This document shows, in pieces, positions 19,209 to 28,682 of a DNA stretch of 32,000 nt. The translations under genes and the position numbers were made by a program. The first letter of the stretch is position 1. Each line of letters opens with the position of its first letter. Below the pieces are notes generated by a model. It saw nothing but the letters and a program-made list of their open reading frames with translations, was not told where the DNA came from and did not search any database. Source of the stretch: Aliivibrio fischeri ES114 (GTDB taxonomy: Bacteria; Pseudomonadota; Gammaproteobacteria; Enterobacterales; Vibrionaceae); assembly GCF_000011805.1 (NCBI RefSeq), contig NC_006840.2; one strand, written 5' to 3'.

Positions 19209-20867
19209 ATGAGTGAAACTGAAACTCGTCCTACCAACTTTATCCGTCAAATTATTGATGAAGATTTAAAGTCTGGTAAACATTCCAGTGTCCATACTCG
19301 TTTCCCGCCAGAGCCAAATGGCTATCTGCATATCGGACACGCAAAATCTATCTGTTTGAATTTTGGTATTGCTCAAGATTATCAGGGTCAGTGTAATCTT
19401 CGTTTTGACGATACAAACCCTGAGAAAGAAGACATCGAATACGTTGAGTCTATTAAGAATGACGTTAACTGGTTAGGTTTTCAGTGGAGTGGAGATATTC
19501 AATATTCTTCAAACTACTTTGATAAGCTATATGGTTATGCTGTTGAATTAATTGAAAAAGGATTAGCGTATGTTGATGAGCTAACTCCTGAGCAAATGCG
19601 TGAATACCGTGGTTCTCTAAAAGAGCCAGGTAAAAACAGCCCGTACCGTGATCGTAGCGTAGAAGAAAACCTAGCGTTATTTGAACAAATGCGTGATGGT
19701 AAATTTAAAGAAGGCACAATTTGCTTACGAGCTAAAATTGATATGGCTTCTTCATTCATCGTACTTCGTGATCCTGTTATTTATCGTGTACGTTTTGCTA
19801 CTCACCATCAAACTGGTGATAAGTGGTGCATTTACCCAATGTACGACTTCACACACTGTATTTCTGATGCGTTAGAAGGCATTACGCACTCTATTTGTAC
19901 GCTTGAATTCCAAGACAACCGTCGTTTATACGATTGGGTACTAGAGAACATCACAATTGATTGCCAACCGCGTCAATATGAATTTAGCCGTCTAAATCTT
20001 GAATATACGGTAATGTCTAAGCGTAAGCTGAACCAACTAGTGACTGAGAAATTAGTAAATGGTTGGGATGACCCACGTATGCCTACTGTTTCTGGTTTAC
20101 GTCGTCGTGGCTTTACTTCTGCATCAATTCGCGAGTTCTGTAAGCGTATCGGTGTAACGAAACAAGAAAACATGATTGAATTCAGCTCTCTTGAGTCTTG
20201 TATTCGCGATGATTTAAACGAATCAGCACCTCGTGCAATGGCTGTTCTTGAGCCAGTGAAACTTGTGATTGAAAACTACGAAGAAGGTAAGGTTGAGACG
20301 CTAAATATTGCTAACCATCCAAATAAACCTGAAATGGGCACTCGTGAAGTACCATTTACTCGTGAAGTTTATATTGAACAAGATGATTTCCGCGAAGAAG
20401 CGAACAAAAAATACAAGCGTTTAGTGCTAGGTAAAGAAGTTCGTTTACGTGGTGCTTACGTTATTCAAGCTAACCGTATTGAAAAAGACGAAGCAGGTAA
20501 TATCACAACGATTTTCTGTAGTTACGATGAAGATACGTTAGGTAAAAACCCTGCAGATGGTCGTAAAGTTAAAGGTGTTATTCACTGGGTTTCTGCTGAT
20601 AAAGCATTACCAGCTGAAATTCGTTTATACGATCGTTTATTTACTGTACCAAACCCAGGTGCTGCGGATGATTTTGCTGCAACAATCAACCCTGAGTCTT
20701 TAGTGGTTAAAAATGGTTTTGTTGAACCTAGTTTAGCAACAGCAGAAGCTGAAGTTGGTTATCAGTTTGAGCGTACAGGTTACTTCTGTGCAGATAACAA
20801 AGACTCAAGTGCTGATGCATTAGTCTTTAACCGTACTGTAGGTTTACGTGATACTTGGGCTGGTTAA
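19209..20867 (+). CDS. glnS: Glutamine--tRNA ligase
   Basis: 552 aa, class I motifs HIGH (YLHIGHAKS) and KMSKS-like (VMSKRK). An SD (GAGGTG) lies 7 nt upstream of the ATG. Confidence 0.97.
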
Positions 20868-20885
20868 TTAATCATTGCTAGCTAA

Positions 20886-20918
20886 TAAAAAACCAGCATG
20901 AAAATGCTGGTTTTTTTA
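20886..20918. terminator. Bidirectional terminator between convergent glnS and fur
   Basis: AAAAA-ACCAGCAT-GAAA-ATGCTGGT-TTTTTT. Confidence 0.85.
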
Positions 20919-20945
20919 TATGAGCTTGTCGCAAAAAGCGATTAA

Positions 20946-21389
20946 TTAAGCGTTGTGTGCATCATCATTATCAGCACAATCACCCGTTATACAGTGACCA
21001 TATAGGTACAAACTGTGATTAGTTAGACGGACATTGTACTTTTCTGCAACTTGTTTTTGACGTTGCTCAATTGTTTCATCCGAGAACTCAATTACTTTTC
21101 CACAATCTAAGCAAACTAAATGATCATGGTGATGTTGAGTTGCTAATTCAAAAACTGATTTACCGCCTTCAAAATGGTGGCGAGTGACGATACCAGCATC
21201 ATCAAATTGGTTTAATACACGGTAAACAGTTGCAAGTCCGATTTCTTCACCGATATCAATCAGCTTTTTATACAAATCTTCAGCGCTAATGTGTTGGCAC
21301 TCTGGTTCTTGTAGCACTTCTAAAATTTTAAGGCGCGGAAGGGTTACTTTTAAACCGGCTTTTTTTAGAGCTTGGTTATTATCTGACAT
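20946..21389 (-). CDS. fur: Ferric uptake regulator
   Basis: 147 aa. LKKAGLKVTLPRLKILEVL...ATVYRVLNQFDDAGIV.RHHFEGGKSVFEL...HHDHLVCLDCGKV is classic Fur, with metal-site His/Cys clusters. Confidence 0.97.
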   Translation of the reverse strand: MSDNNQALKKAGLKVTLPRLKILEVLQEPECQHISAEDLYKKLIDIGEEIGLATVYRVLNQFDDAGIVTRHHFEGGKSVFELATQHHHDHLVCLDCGKVIEFSDETIEQRQKQVAEKYNVRLTNHSLYLYGHCITGDCADNDDAHNA

Positions 21390-21569
21390 CGACTTTTCCT
21401 GTTTTGGCTTTCTGCATCGATTTCCTGTGCAGTTTTAATCACTTAATTATAGGGAACATTCAATTCAGTTGAAACCTTATATGCAAGATCTCTTACAAAA
21501 AAATAGATGTTGATCTTTTGTTAACAAAGAAACTATTATGAGGTCTGACCAGAATTAAAGAGATTAAAT

Positions 21570-22034
21570 ATGTATCGTTACTTTACCCCAAAAATTGTAA
21601 AAAGGGCATTAAATATTTGGCCTCCATTTTGGGGGGCTGGGATCTCAATCGAAAATATTTCATCAGACTTTCAAGAAGTAAGTGTGATTCTGAAAGACCG
21701 CTTTTGGAATCGAAATGCCAATAGAACTCAGTATGGTGGCAGTATTTTTTCTATGACCGATCCTGTATTCTCTCTCATGTTAATGGGGATATTAAGAGAT
21801 GAATATTATGTATGGGATAAACAATCTGAAATAGATTTTATTTCACCAGGAACCACTGATTTACACGCTCGGTTTGTGATATCAGATGAACAATTAGCTG
21901 AAATCAAACAAGAAACAAAAGAAGGGGAAAAGCATTTTCCGCAATTTGAAGTATATATTTATGATAAAAAAGGGAAGGTAGTTGCTAGGGTAAATAGAAC
22001 ATTATATGTAAGGAAGAAACCAGAGTTTAGATAA
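21570..22034 (+). CDS. DUF4442-like hotdog-fold (thioesterase-like) protein
   Basis: 154 aa. NIWPPFWGAGISIENIS.DF..V.V.LK.RFWNRN...T.YGGSIFSMTDPVFSLML....DEYYVWDK.SEIDFISPG resembles the DUF4442 family pattern as I remember it. An SD (AAAGAG) lies 7 nt upstream of the ATG. The family assignment has not been checked by HMM. Confidence 0.7.
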   Translation: MYRYFTPKIVKRALNIWPPFWGAGISIENISSDFQEVSVILKDRFWNRNANRTQYGGSIFSMTDPVFSLMLMGILRDEYYVWDKQSEIDFISPGTTDLHARFVISDEQLAEIKQETKEGEKHFPQFEVYIYDKKGKVVARVNRTLYVRKKPEFR

Positions 22035-22087
22035 TGCTCCCTACACTAAATGAGTGATAGGCAGAGAGCATTATAGGAATTAGAATA

Positions 22088-22615
22088 TTAGTCTTCTAAT
22101 TCTGCTAAGCACATTTCTTCGTGGATTTGGTTTACCCACTTAGTAACACGCTCTTCAGTTAGCTCTGGTTGGCGATCTTCATCAATACATAGACCAACAA
22201 AGTTATCATCATCTACTAATGCTTTAGACGCTTCAAACTCATAACCTTCAGTTGGCCAGTAACCGATGATAGTACCGCCTTTTGCTTCTACGATATCACG
22301 GATATTACCCATCGCATCACAGAAGTATTCAGCGTAATCTTCTTGGTCACCACAACCAAAAATAGCAACTAGCTTTGTTGAAAAGTCAATTTCTTCTAGT
22401 TCAGGGAAGAAATCATCCCAATCACATTGAGCTTCACCGTAGTACCATGTAGGGATACCTAATAGAAGTAGATCGAAATTATCGATATCTTCTTTGCTGC
22501 TTTTAGCAATATCTTGTACATGAACTAGCTTTTTACCAAGCTGCTTTTGAATCATCTTGCCAACAGCTTCAGTGTTACCTGTATCGCTGCCAAAGAAGAG
22601 TCCTACACTTGCCAT
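22088..22615 (-). CDS. fldA: Flavodoxin 1
   Basis: 175 aa. GLFFGSDTGNTE (FMN phosphate loop) ...LLLGIPTWYYGEAQCDWDDFFP is collinear with E. coli FldA. Confidence 0.97.
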   Translation of the reverse strand: MASVGLFFGSDTGNTEAVGKMIQKQLGKKLVHVQDIAKSSKEDIDNFDLLLLGIPTWYYGEAQCDWDDFFPELEEIDFSTKLVAIFGCGDQEDYAEYFCDAMGNIRDIVEAKGGTIIGYWPTEGYEFEASKALVDDDNFVGLCIDEDRQPELTEERVTKWVNQIHEEMCLAELED

Positions 22616-22674
22616 ATGATGAATACCTGTATTGTCTATATTAAATAAAAATAAATGGTGTTAGATCAGTCAAT

Positions 22675-22896
22675 TTAATTGAGTCCAGAACCTTCCCAGC
22701 TCAGCTGGATGAGTCCTTTAGCAATAAAGCCTGCACAACCTAAAAAGAGAACAAGCCATACAATTTTACGGCCGAAAGGGGGAACATTTGCTTGCTTTAA
22801 TACATCTTTAATAGCCATACCGATAAAAAAGAATATCGAGGCAAACAATAAATCTAAACCAATAGATTCAATGAGATCAAAATGTTCATAAAGCAT
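22675..22896 (-). CDS. Small two-helix membrane protein (DUF2788-like)
   Basis: 73 aa with two clear hydrophobic helices (LDLLFASIFFFIGMAI and IVWLVLFLGCAGFIA). It is co-oriented with ybfF and fldA. The family name is from memory only. Confidence 0.65.
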   Translation of the reverse strand: MLYEHFDLIESIGLDLLFASIFFFIGMAIKDVLKQANVPPFGRKIVWLVLFLGCAGFIAKGLIQLSWEGSGLN

Positions 22897-22983
22897 GAAT
22901 CACCCTTATCTTAAGTAAGCGACCTATATCTGATCGAATAATTTTGCAAAACTATATCATAGCTTTGTCTTTGTTGGTATGGA

Positions 22984-23760
22984 TTATCGATTTGTCACTT
23001 TTTCAATGAAGCGTTTTATGACTCGATAAATTGTTTCGGGCTTTTCTGCATGTAACCAATGTCCAGTTCCGTTAACAATGTGCGCTTTGGCATTTGGGAA
23101 TTGGCTTATAATATTCGCTTGATGTTCAGCTAAAATATAGTCTGAGTTTTGCCCCTTAATAAAGATAACATCACCTTCAAAAGCGGGAATATTATCCCAG
23201 CCAATAATCTGTGCGTAATTATCAAATAAAGCATTCACATTAAAGCGAAGAGTAAGGTGCTCTTGTTCTTTATATAGTGATTTACTTAAAAATTGTCTAA
23301 CACCAGGATCAACAATAGAGGTGGCAAGTAAGTCGTCTGCTTCTTTACGTGTTGTTGGTTTATTATTAAGGATCTTGTGCAAACCTGAGAATACAGCATC
23401 ATGTTTTCTCTCAGGGTAAGCAACAGGAGCCATGTCTAAAATTGATAGAGATTGAATCAATTGTGGTGATTGACTCGCTAGCGCCATTGCTACTTTCCCA
23501 CCCATTGAATGGCCAACAATATGCGCTGAAGTGATAGATAAATGATCGAATAAATTAACAAGATCGTTTGCAAGTTCATGATAATTATGAATATCCGAGT
23601 GGAATGAACGACCGTGATTTCGAAGATCAACACTGATCACTCGATATTCTGTTTCAAATTGTCGAGCAAGAAGGCCTAAGTTGTCTAAGCTTCCAAATAA
23701 TCCATGAATTAGGATCAAAGGATCCCCATTTCCTTGTTCTTTATAGTTAAGTAACATCAT
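22984..23760 (-). CDS. ybfF: Alpha/beta-hydrolase esterase YbfF
   Basis: 258 aa. ILIHGLFGSLDNLGLLAR and the nucleophile elbow GHSMGG are collinear with E. coli YbfF. It is divergent from seqA as in E. coli. Confidence 0.9.
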   Translation of the reverse strand: MMLLNYKEQGNGDPLILIHGLFGSLDNLGLLARQFETEYRVISVDLRNHGRSFHSDIHNYHELANDLVNLFDHLSITSAHIVGHSMGGKVAMALASQSPQLIQSLSILDMAPVAYPERKHDAVFSGLHKILNNKPTTRKEADDLLATSIVDPGVRQFLSKSLYKEQEHLTLRFNVNALFDNYAQIIGWDNIPAFEGDVIFIKGQNSDYILAEHQANIISQFPNAKAHIVNGTGHWLHAEKPETIYRVIKRFIEKVTNR

Positions 23761-23855
23761 TTTTCTATCGTTGTGTTAGGTTTGTCGTAGAGTATCACGA
23801 TTTTACAGGGTATAATCGTGCCTTCATAAATAGATTATAGAATACGAACCATATA

Positions 23856-24398
23856 ATGAAGACAATTGAAGTAGACGAAGAACTATACCGCTTTATTGCG
23901 AGCCAAACTCAACACATCGGTGAAAGTGCCTCTGATATTTTACGTCGTCTCTTAATGCAGTCATCACCTTCAGACCTTGCTGTTTCTGCTCCTGTTGAAG
24001 TACAGAAAAAAGGCATTGTAGTCAGTAAAGATGCTGGTAAAGAGGCATCGGTAGATCGCGTTAAAGCGGTGCGTACCTTATTAATCTCTGATGAATTCTC
24101 AGCATTAGATAAAGCGATCGATCGCTTTTTAACTGTATTATCTGAATTATATAAAATTGACTCAAAAGCTTTCTCTGAAGCAACGGAAGTAAAAGGCCGT
24201 ACTCGAGTTTATTTTGCTGACAATCAAGAGACATTAATCGCGAGCGGTAAAACGACAAAGCCTCGTGAAATTGTAGGTACTCCATTCTGGGTAATCACAA
24301 ATACAAATACTAATCGCAAGCGCCACATGGTTGAATTATTAATGGAGCGAATGGGCTTCCAACATGATTTAACAGAAAAAGTGTGTGCGGCGATCTAA
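23856..24398 (+). CDS. seqA: Replication initiation negative regulator SeqA
   Basis: 180 aa. MKTIEVDEELYRFIASQTQHIGESASDILRRLL ... GRTRVYFA...GTPFWVITNTNT.RK is collinear with E. coli SeqA. Confidence 0.96.
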   Translation: MKTIEVDEELYRFIASQTQHIGESASDILRRLLMQSSPSDLAVSAPVEVQKKGIVVSKDAGKEASVDRVKAVRTLLISDEFSALDKAIDRFLTVLSELYKIDSKAFSEATEVKGRTRVYFADNQETLIASGKTTKPREIVGTPFWVITNTNTNRKRHMVELLMERMGFQHDLTEKVCAAI

Positions 24399-24446
24399 TT
24401 TTTTGAGTCATAACTCAAATCATAATTTGTCACAAGGAATCGTCAA

Positions 24447-26093
24447 ATGGCTATACATCCTCGTGCTGGGCAGAAAGCTCAGCAAGAAGATTTACACAAT
24501 ATCCCATCATTAGTTGCTAATTATTTCTTATTAGAACCGAACCCAACAAATGTTGATCAGCAAGTGCAATTTGGTACTTCTGGCCACCGTGGTACGGCAG
24601 ATAAAGCGACGTTTAACCAACATCATATTTGGGCGATAGCTCAAGCTGTGGCTGACGTACGTAAAGAAAATGGCGTAACGGGTCCATTATTTTTAGGTAA
24701 AGATACCCACGCGCTATCTGAACCTGCATTCACATCTGCTATTGAAGTACTTGTTGCTAATGGCGTTGAAGTGATCATTCAAGAAAATAATGGCTACACA
24801 CCAACTCCTGGTATCTCGCATGCAATCTTAACGCACAATGTTAAGTGTGAAGATAAAGCGGATGGCATTGTGATAACTCCTTCTCATAACCCACCTCAAG
24901 ATGGCGGTATTAAATATAATCCTGTTCATGGTGGTCCTGCCGAGGGTGAGCTGACGACGGCAATTGAAAATCGTGCAAATCAATTAATTGCAAATGAATT
25001 AAAAGATGTTAAACGTGTATCAATTACTGAAGCGATGTCATCTGATTTAGTAAAGCAAATGGATTTAGTGCAGCCTTATATTGATGACTTAAAAAATGTT
25101 ATTAATATTGAAGCGATTCAAAAAGCAAACCTAAAATTAGGTGTTGATCCATTAGGTGGTTCTGGTATTGAGTACTGGCGTCAAATTGGCCAAGCTTTTG
25201 ATCTTGATTTAACGTTGGTGAGTGAAGCGATTGATCCTTCATTCCAGTTTATGTCACTAGATAAAGATGGTGTAGTTCGAATGGACTGCTCGTCTCCTTA
25301 TGCAATGGCTGGTCTATTATCATTAAAAGATGAATATGACCTAGCGTTTGGTAATGATCCTGATTATGACCGTCATGGTATCGTAACGCCATCGGGCTTA
25401 ATGAATCCAAATCACTACTTAGCGGTATGTATTGATTATCTATACCGTCATCGTCCAGAGTGGAAACCTGAAGTTGCTGTTGGTAAAACATTAGTATCTT
25501 CTGCAATTATCGATAAAGTAGTTGCTGATCTTGGCCGTGATTTGTGTGAAGTGCCTGTAGGCTTTAAGTGGTTTGTAGATGGCTTATATGCAGGCTCTTT
25601 AGGCTTTGGTGGTGAAGAAAGTGCAGGTGCTTCTTTCTTACGTTTTGATGGTACGCCTTGGTCAACTGATAAAGATGGTATTCTTTTGTGTCTTCTTGCG
25701 GCTGAAATCACAGCTGTTACCGGTATGAATCCACAAGAATACTACAACAAACTGGCTGCTCAGCATGGCGAATCTAGCTACAATCGTATTCAAGCGGTTG
25801 CTAACAAAGCGCAAAAAGCCGTGCTAAGTAAGTTATCACCAGAAATGGTTTCAGCAACAATGCTTGCTGGTGATGAGATCACTGCTCGTTTAACACATGC
25901 TCCTGGTAACGGTGCAGCAATTGGTGGATTAAAAGTAACAACTGAAAATGGTTGGTTTGCTGCTCGTCCATCAGGCACAGAAGAGATCTATAAGATTTAC
26001 TGTGAAAGTTTTAAAGGTGCTGATCACTTAGCACTGATTGAACAAGAAGCTCAAGAAATTGTAAGTAACGTGTTTAAAGAAGCCGGTTTATAA
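24447..26093 (+). CDS. pgm: Phosphoglucomutase (alpha-D-glucose-1,6-bisphosphate-dependent)
   Basis: 548 aa. The active-site loop is [15 protein letters not shown]. It follows seqA as in E. coli. Confidence 0.96.
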   Translation: MAIHPRAGQKAQQEDLHNIPSLVANYFLLEPNPTNVDQQVQFGTSGHRGTADKATFNQHHIWAIAQAVADVRKENGVTGPLFLGKDTHALSEPAFTSAIEVLVANGVEVIIQENNGYTPTPGISHAILTHNVKCEDKADGIVITPSHNPPQDGGIKYNPVHGGPAEGELTTAIENRANQLIANELKDVKRVSITEAMSSDLVKQMDLVQPYIDDLKNVINIEAIQKANLKLGVDPLGGSGIEYWRQIGQAFDLDLTLVSEAIDPSFQFMSLDKDGVVRMDCSSPYAMAGLLSLKDEYDLAFGNDPDYDRHGIVTPSGLMNPNHYLAVCIDYLYRHRPEWKPEVAVGKTLVSSAIIDKVVADLGRDLCEVPVGFKWFVDGLYAGSLGFGGEESAGASFLRFDGTPWSTDKDGILLCLLAAEITAVTGMNPQEYYNKLAAQHGESSYNRIQAVANKAQKAVLSKLSPEMVSATMLAGDEITARLTHAPGNGAAIGGLKVTTENGWFAARPSGTEEIYKIYCESFKGADHLALIEQEAQEIVSNVFKEAGL

Positions 26094-26113
26094 TTTTTTA
26101 AGTAATACAAATT

Positions 26114-26140
26114 AAGCAGCGCATGTCGCTGCTTTTTTTT
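26114..26140 (+). terminator. Rho-independent terminator after pgm
   Basis: AGCAGCG-CATGT-CGCTGCT followed by TTTTTTT. Confidence 0.82.
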
Positions 26141-26157
26141 GATAAGAAGGTCATGAC

Positions 26158-26913
26158 ATGAATAATTTTCAGTTAGAACAATTATTAAACTCAGAGTTAA
26201 AACCTCAATTAATTAAAGATTATTGCCCAAATGGTCTTCAAGTTGAAGGTTCAAATGAGATAAAAAAGATCGTAACAGGGGTTACTGCATCTCAAGCTTT
26301 AATTGATGCCGCTATTGAAGAAAATGCAGATGCATTACTTGTGCATCATGGCTATTTTTGGAAAGGGGAAGCCGAGCCAATCACTGGAATGAAAGGTAAG
26401 CGTATTCGTTCATTAATTCAAAATGATATTAATCTATTTGCTTACCATTTGCCTTTAGATATTCATCCAACGTTGGGTAATAACGCTGAGCTAGCTCGTT
26501 TATTTTCGGTCTCAAATGTGGAAGGGCTAGAAGCGACACCACAATCGATCGCTATGAAAGGAGAGCTGACTGAAACGCTATCAGGCGAAGAATTTGCACA
26601 GCGTATTCAGCAAGTATTAAATCGCGAACCATTGCATATTAAACCAACACAAGACAAGCCGATTAAAACGGTTGCTTGGTGTTCTGGTGGTGGCCAAGAT
26701 TATATAGAATTGGCGGCTCAACAGGGGATGGATGCGTTTATTTCGGGTGAGATTTCGGAACGTACGACTTACATTGCTCGTGAACTAGGGATTCACTATT
26801 TTGCTGCAGGTCATCATGCAACAGAGCGTTATGGTATTAAAGCGTTAGGTGAGTGGTTAGAAAAAGAGCATGGGTTTGATGTTAAGTTTATTGATATCGA
26901 TAACCCAGTATAG
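26158..26913 (+). CDS. ybgI: NIF3-family dinuclear-metal protein (GTP cyclohydrolase 1 type 2 homologue)
   Basis: 251 aa. DYCPNGLQVEG...KIVTGVTASQALIDAA...LLVHHGYFWKGE...AAGHHATERYGI is collinear with E. coli YbgI. Confidence 0.92.
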   Translation: MNNFQLEQLLNSELKPQLIKDYCPNGLQVEGSNEIKKIVTGVTASQALIDAAIEENADALLVHHGYFWKGEAEPITGMKGKRIRSLIQNDINLFAYHLPLDIHPTLGNNAELARLFSVSNVEGLEATPQSIAMKGELTETLSGEEFAQRIQQVLNREPLHIKPTQDKPIKTVAWCSGGGQDYIELAAQQGMDAFISGEISERTTYIARELGIHYFAAGHHATERYGIKALGEWLEKEHGFDVKFIDIDNPV

Positions 26914-26942
26914 TCTATTTTGAGTTATCAATACGGTGATAT

Positions 26943-26978
26943 AAAAAAAGGTTGATGTATTTACATCAACCTTTTTGT
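26943..26978. terminator. Bidirectional terminator between convergent ybgI and gltA
   Basis: AAAAAAA-GGTTGATGTA-TT-TACATCAACC-TTTTTG, with a 10-bp perfect stem. Confidence 0.85.
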
Positions 26979-27005
26979 TCATAGGCCTAACGATTTAAAC
27001 CGACA

Positions 27006-28295
27006 TTATTCACGCTCATGAAGCGGTTTAAACTCGCGTAGTTCTTCACCTGTATAAAGTTGGCGAGGACGACCGATACGATTTGTTGGATCACTGTGCA
27101 TTTCGCTCCAGTGTGCAATCCAGCCAACAGTACGAGACATTGCAAAGATAACCGTAAACATAGATACAGGAATACCAATTGCTTTTAAGATAATACCTGA
27201 GTAGAAATCTACGTTTGGATACAATTTCTTAGATACAAAATATTCATCAGAAAGTGCAATACGTTCAAGTTCCATTGCGACATCAAGTAGTGGATCTTTA
27301 ATGTTTAGTTCTTTTAGAACATCGTGACATGCTTCACGCATTACGGTTGCACGAGGGTCATAGTTCTTATAAACACGGTGACCGAAGCCCATTAGGCGGA
27401 ATGGGTCATCCTTATCTTTTGCTTTTGCAACGTATTCATCAATGTTGTCTACAGAGCCGATTTCTTCAAGCATACGTAAACATGCTTCGTTAGCACCACC
27501 ATGAGCAGGTCCCCATAGAGAAGCAATACCAGCAGCGATACAAGCAAATGGATTCGCACCTGATGAACCAGCTAAACGAACGGTTGATGTTGATGCATTT
27601 TGTTCGTGATCGGCATGTAGCGTAAAGATTTTATCCATTGCTCGTGCAACAACAGGGTTTACTTCATATTCTTCACACGGATTAGCGAACATCATGTGTA
27701 AGAAGTTTTCTGCGTAAGTCAGATCATTACGAGGATAGATGAACGGTTGTCCAATTGAGTATTTGTAAGACATTGCTGAAAGAGTTGGCATTTTTGATAG
27801 TAATCTAAATGCAGCAATTTCGCGGTGTTCATCGTTATTGATATCTAAAGAATCGTGATAGAAAGCAGCCAGTGCTCCTACAACACCACACATTACGGCC
27901 ATAGGGTGAGCATCACGGCGGAAGCCATGGAAGAAGCTTGAAATTTGCTCATGTACCATTGTGTGGCGAGTTACGATGTCCTTGAACGTTTCATATTCTT
28001 CTCTGTTTGGCGCTTCGCCATTTAGAAGGATATAACAGACTTCAAGGTAATCTGCATTGTTAGCTAACTGATCAATAGGGAAACCACGGTGCAATAGAAC
28101 ACCTTTATCACCATCGATATAGGTAATTTGAGACTCACAAGATGCAGTGGCAAGAAAACCAGGGTCGAAAGTAAAGTAACCATTCGCTCCTAATTTACGC
28201 ACATCGATCACTTCTGGACCAATCGTTCCATCCATGATTGGCATGTCTATAGGCGATTGACCTTCAATATGAAGTGTTGCCTTTTTATCTGCCAT
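27006..28295 (-). CDS. gltA: Citrate synthase (type II)
   Basis: 429 aa, collinear with E. coli GltA ([30 protein letters not shown]). Confidence 0.98.
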   Translation of the reverse strand: MADKKATLHIEGQSPIDMPIMDGTIGPEVIDVRKLGANGYFTFDPGFLATASCESQITYIDGDKGVLLHRGFPIDQLANNADYLEVCYILLNGEAPNREEYETFKDIVTRHTMVHEQISSFFHGFRRDAHPMAVMCGVVGALAAFYHDSLDINNDEHREIAAFRLLSKMPTLSAMSYKYSIGQPFIYPRNDLTYAENFLHMMFANPCEEYEVNPVVARAMDKIFTLHADHEQNASTSTVRLAGSSGANPFACIAAGIASLWGPAHGGANEACLRMLEEIGSVDNIDEYVAKAKDKDDPFRLMGFGHRVYKNYDPRATVMREACHDVLKELNIKDPLLDVAMELERIALSDEYFVSKKLYPNVDFYSGIILKAIGIPVSMFTVIFAMSRTVGWIAHWSEMHSDPTNRIGRPRQLYTGEELREFKPLHERE

Positions 28296-28615
28296 AACAT
28301 TCTCCTTTTGTTATATTTTTATTCTATCCCGGATATGAGAGTGACAACTTTGTACCCATTACACGGGCTAAAGTCAATTTTTGTGCGCTTATGTGTGCAC
28401 TTGTTTATATTTTTAATGAAAAAAAAGTTAATTTTCTGTGGTGTGATGTAAGTTTTGTTTATGGGTTTGTAATAAGATGTTTCACATCGTATACTGCGGC
28501 TGAGTTTCTGGTCTGTTTCCTTATATTATATGGGGTTAACGTGATTTTCATCTACTTATAAATAGAGTGAAGTTTATATATTTAGCTCAATAAAGAGATG
28601 TTGCTCACATCAAAA

Positions 28616-28630
28616 GTTGCATAAATGTTA
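28616..28630. promoter_or_regulatory. Candidate ArcA box upstream of sdhC
   Basis: GTTGCATAAATGTTA matches 12 of 15 positions of the ArcA consensus GTTAATTAAATGTTA as I recall it. It lies about 55-70 nt upstream of the sdhC start. This is a single unscored match. Confidence 0.3.
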
Positions 28631-28682
28631 AATCTAGGCGGTTTTTGATAGATCGGAGGTATCTATAACAATAAAATGCTCA

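Noticed and set aside
19056-19250. 64-aa minus-strand ORF spanning the nagE terminator and the glnS start
   Set aside because: It crosses a strong terminator hairpin and the glnS initiation region. It has no SD and is most likely fortuitous.
22035-22087. Possible bidirectional terminator between the hotdog-fold gene and fldA
   Set aside because: There is only a mismatched 9-bp stem (ATGCTCCCT / AGAGAGCAT) with a 20-nt loop and no flanking T or A runs. That is too weak to annotate as a terminator.
22679-22891. 70-aa plus-strand ORF mirroring the 73-aa minus-strand membrane protein
   Set aside because: The minus-strand product has two clean hydrophobic helices and is co-oriented with ybfF and fldA. 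The plus-strand product is basic and low in complexity, so I treat it as the shadow frame.
28257-28451. 64-aa ORF spanning the gltA start and the gltA-sdhC promoter region
   Set aside because: It overlaps the gltA N-terminus on the opposite strand and runs through AT-rich promoter DNA. It has no SD and an implausible composition.
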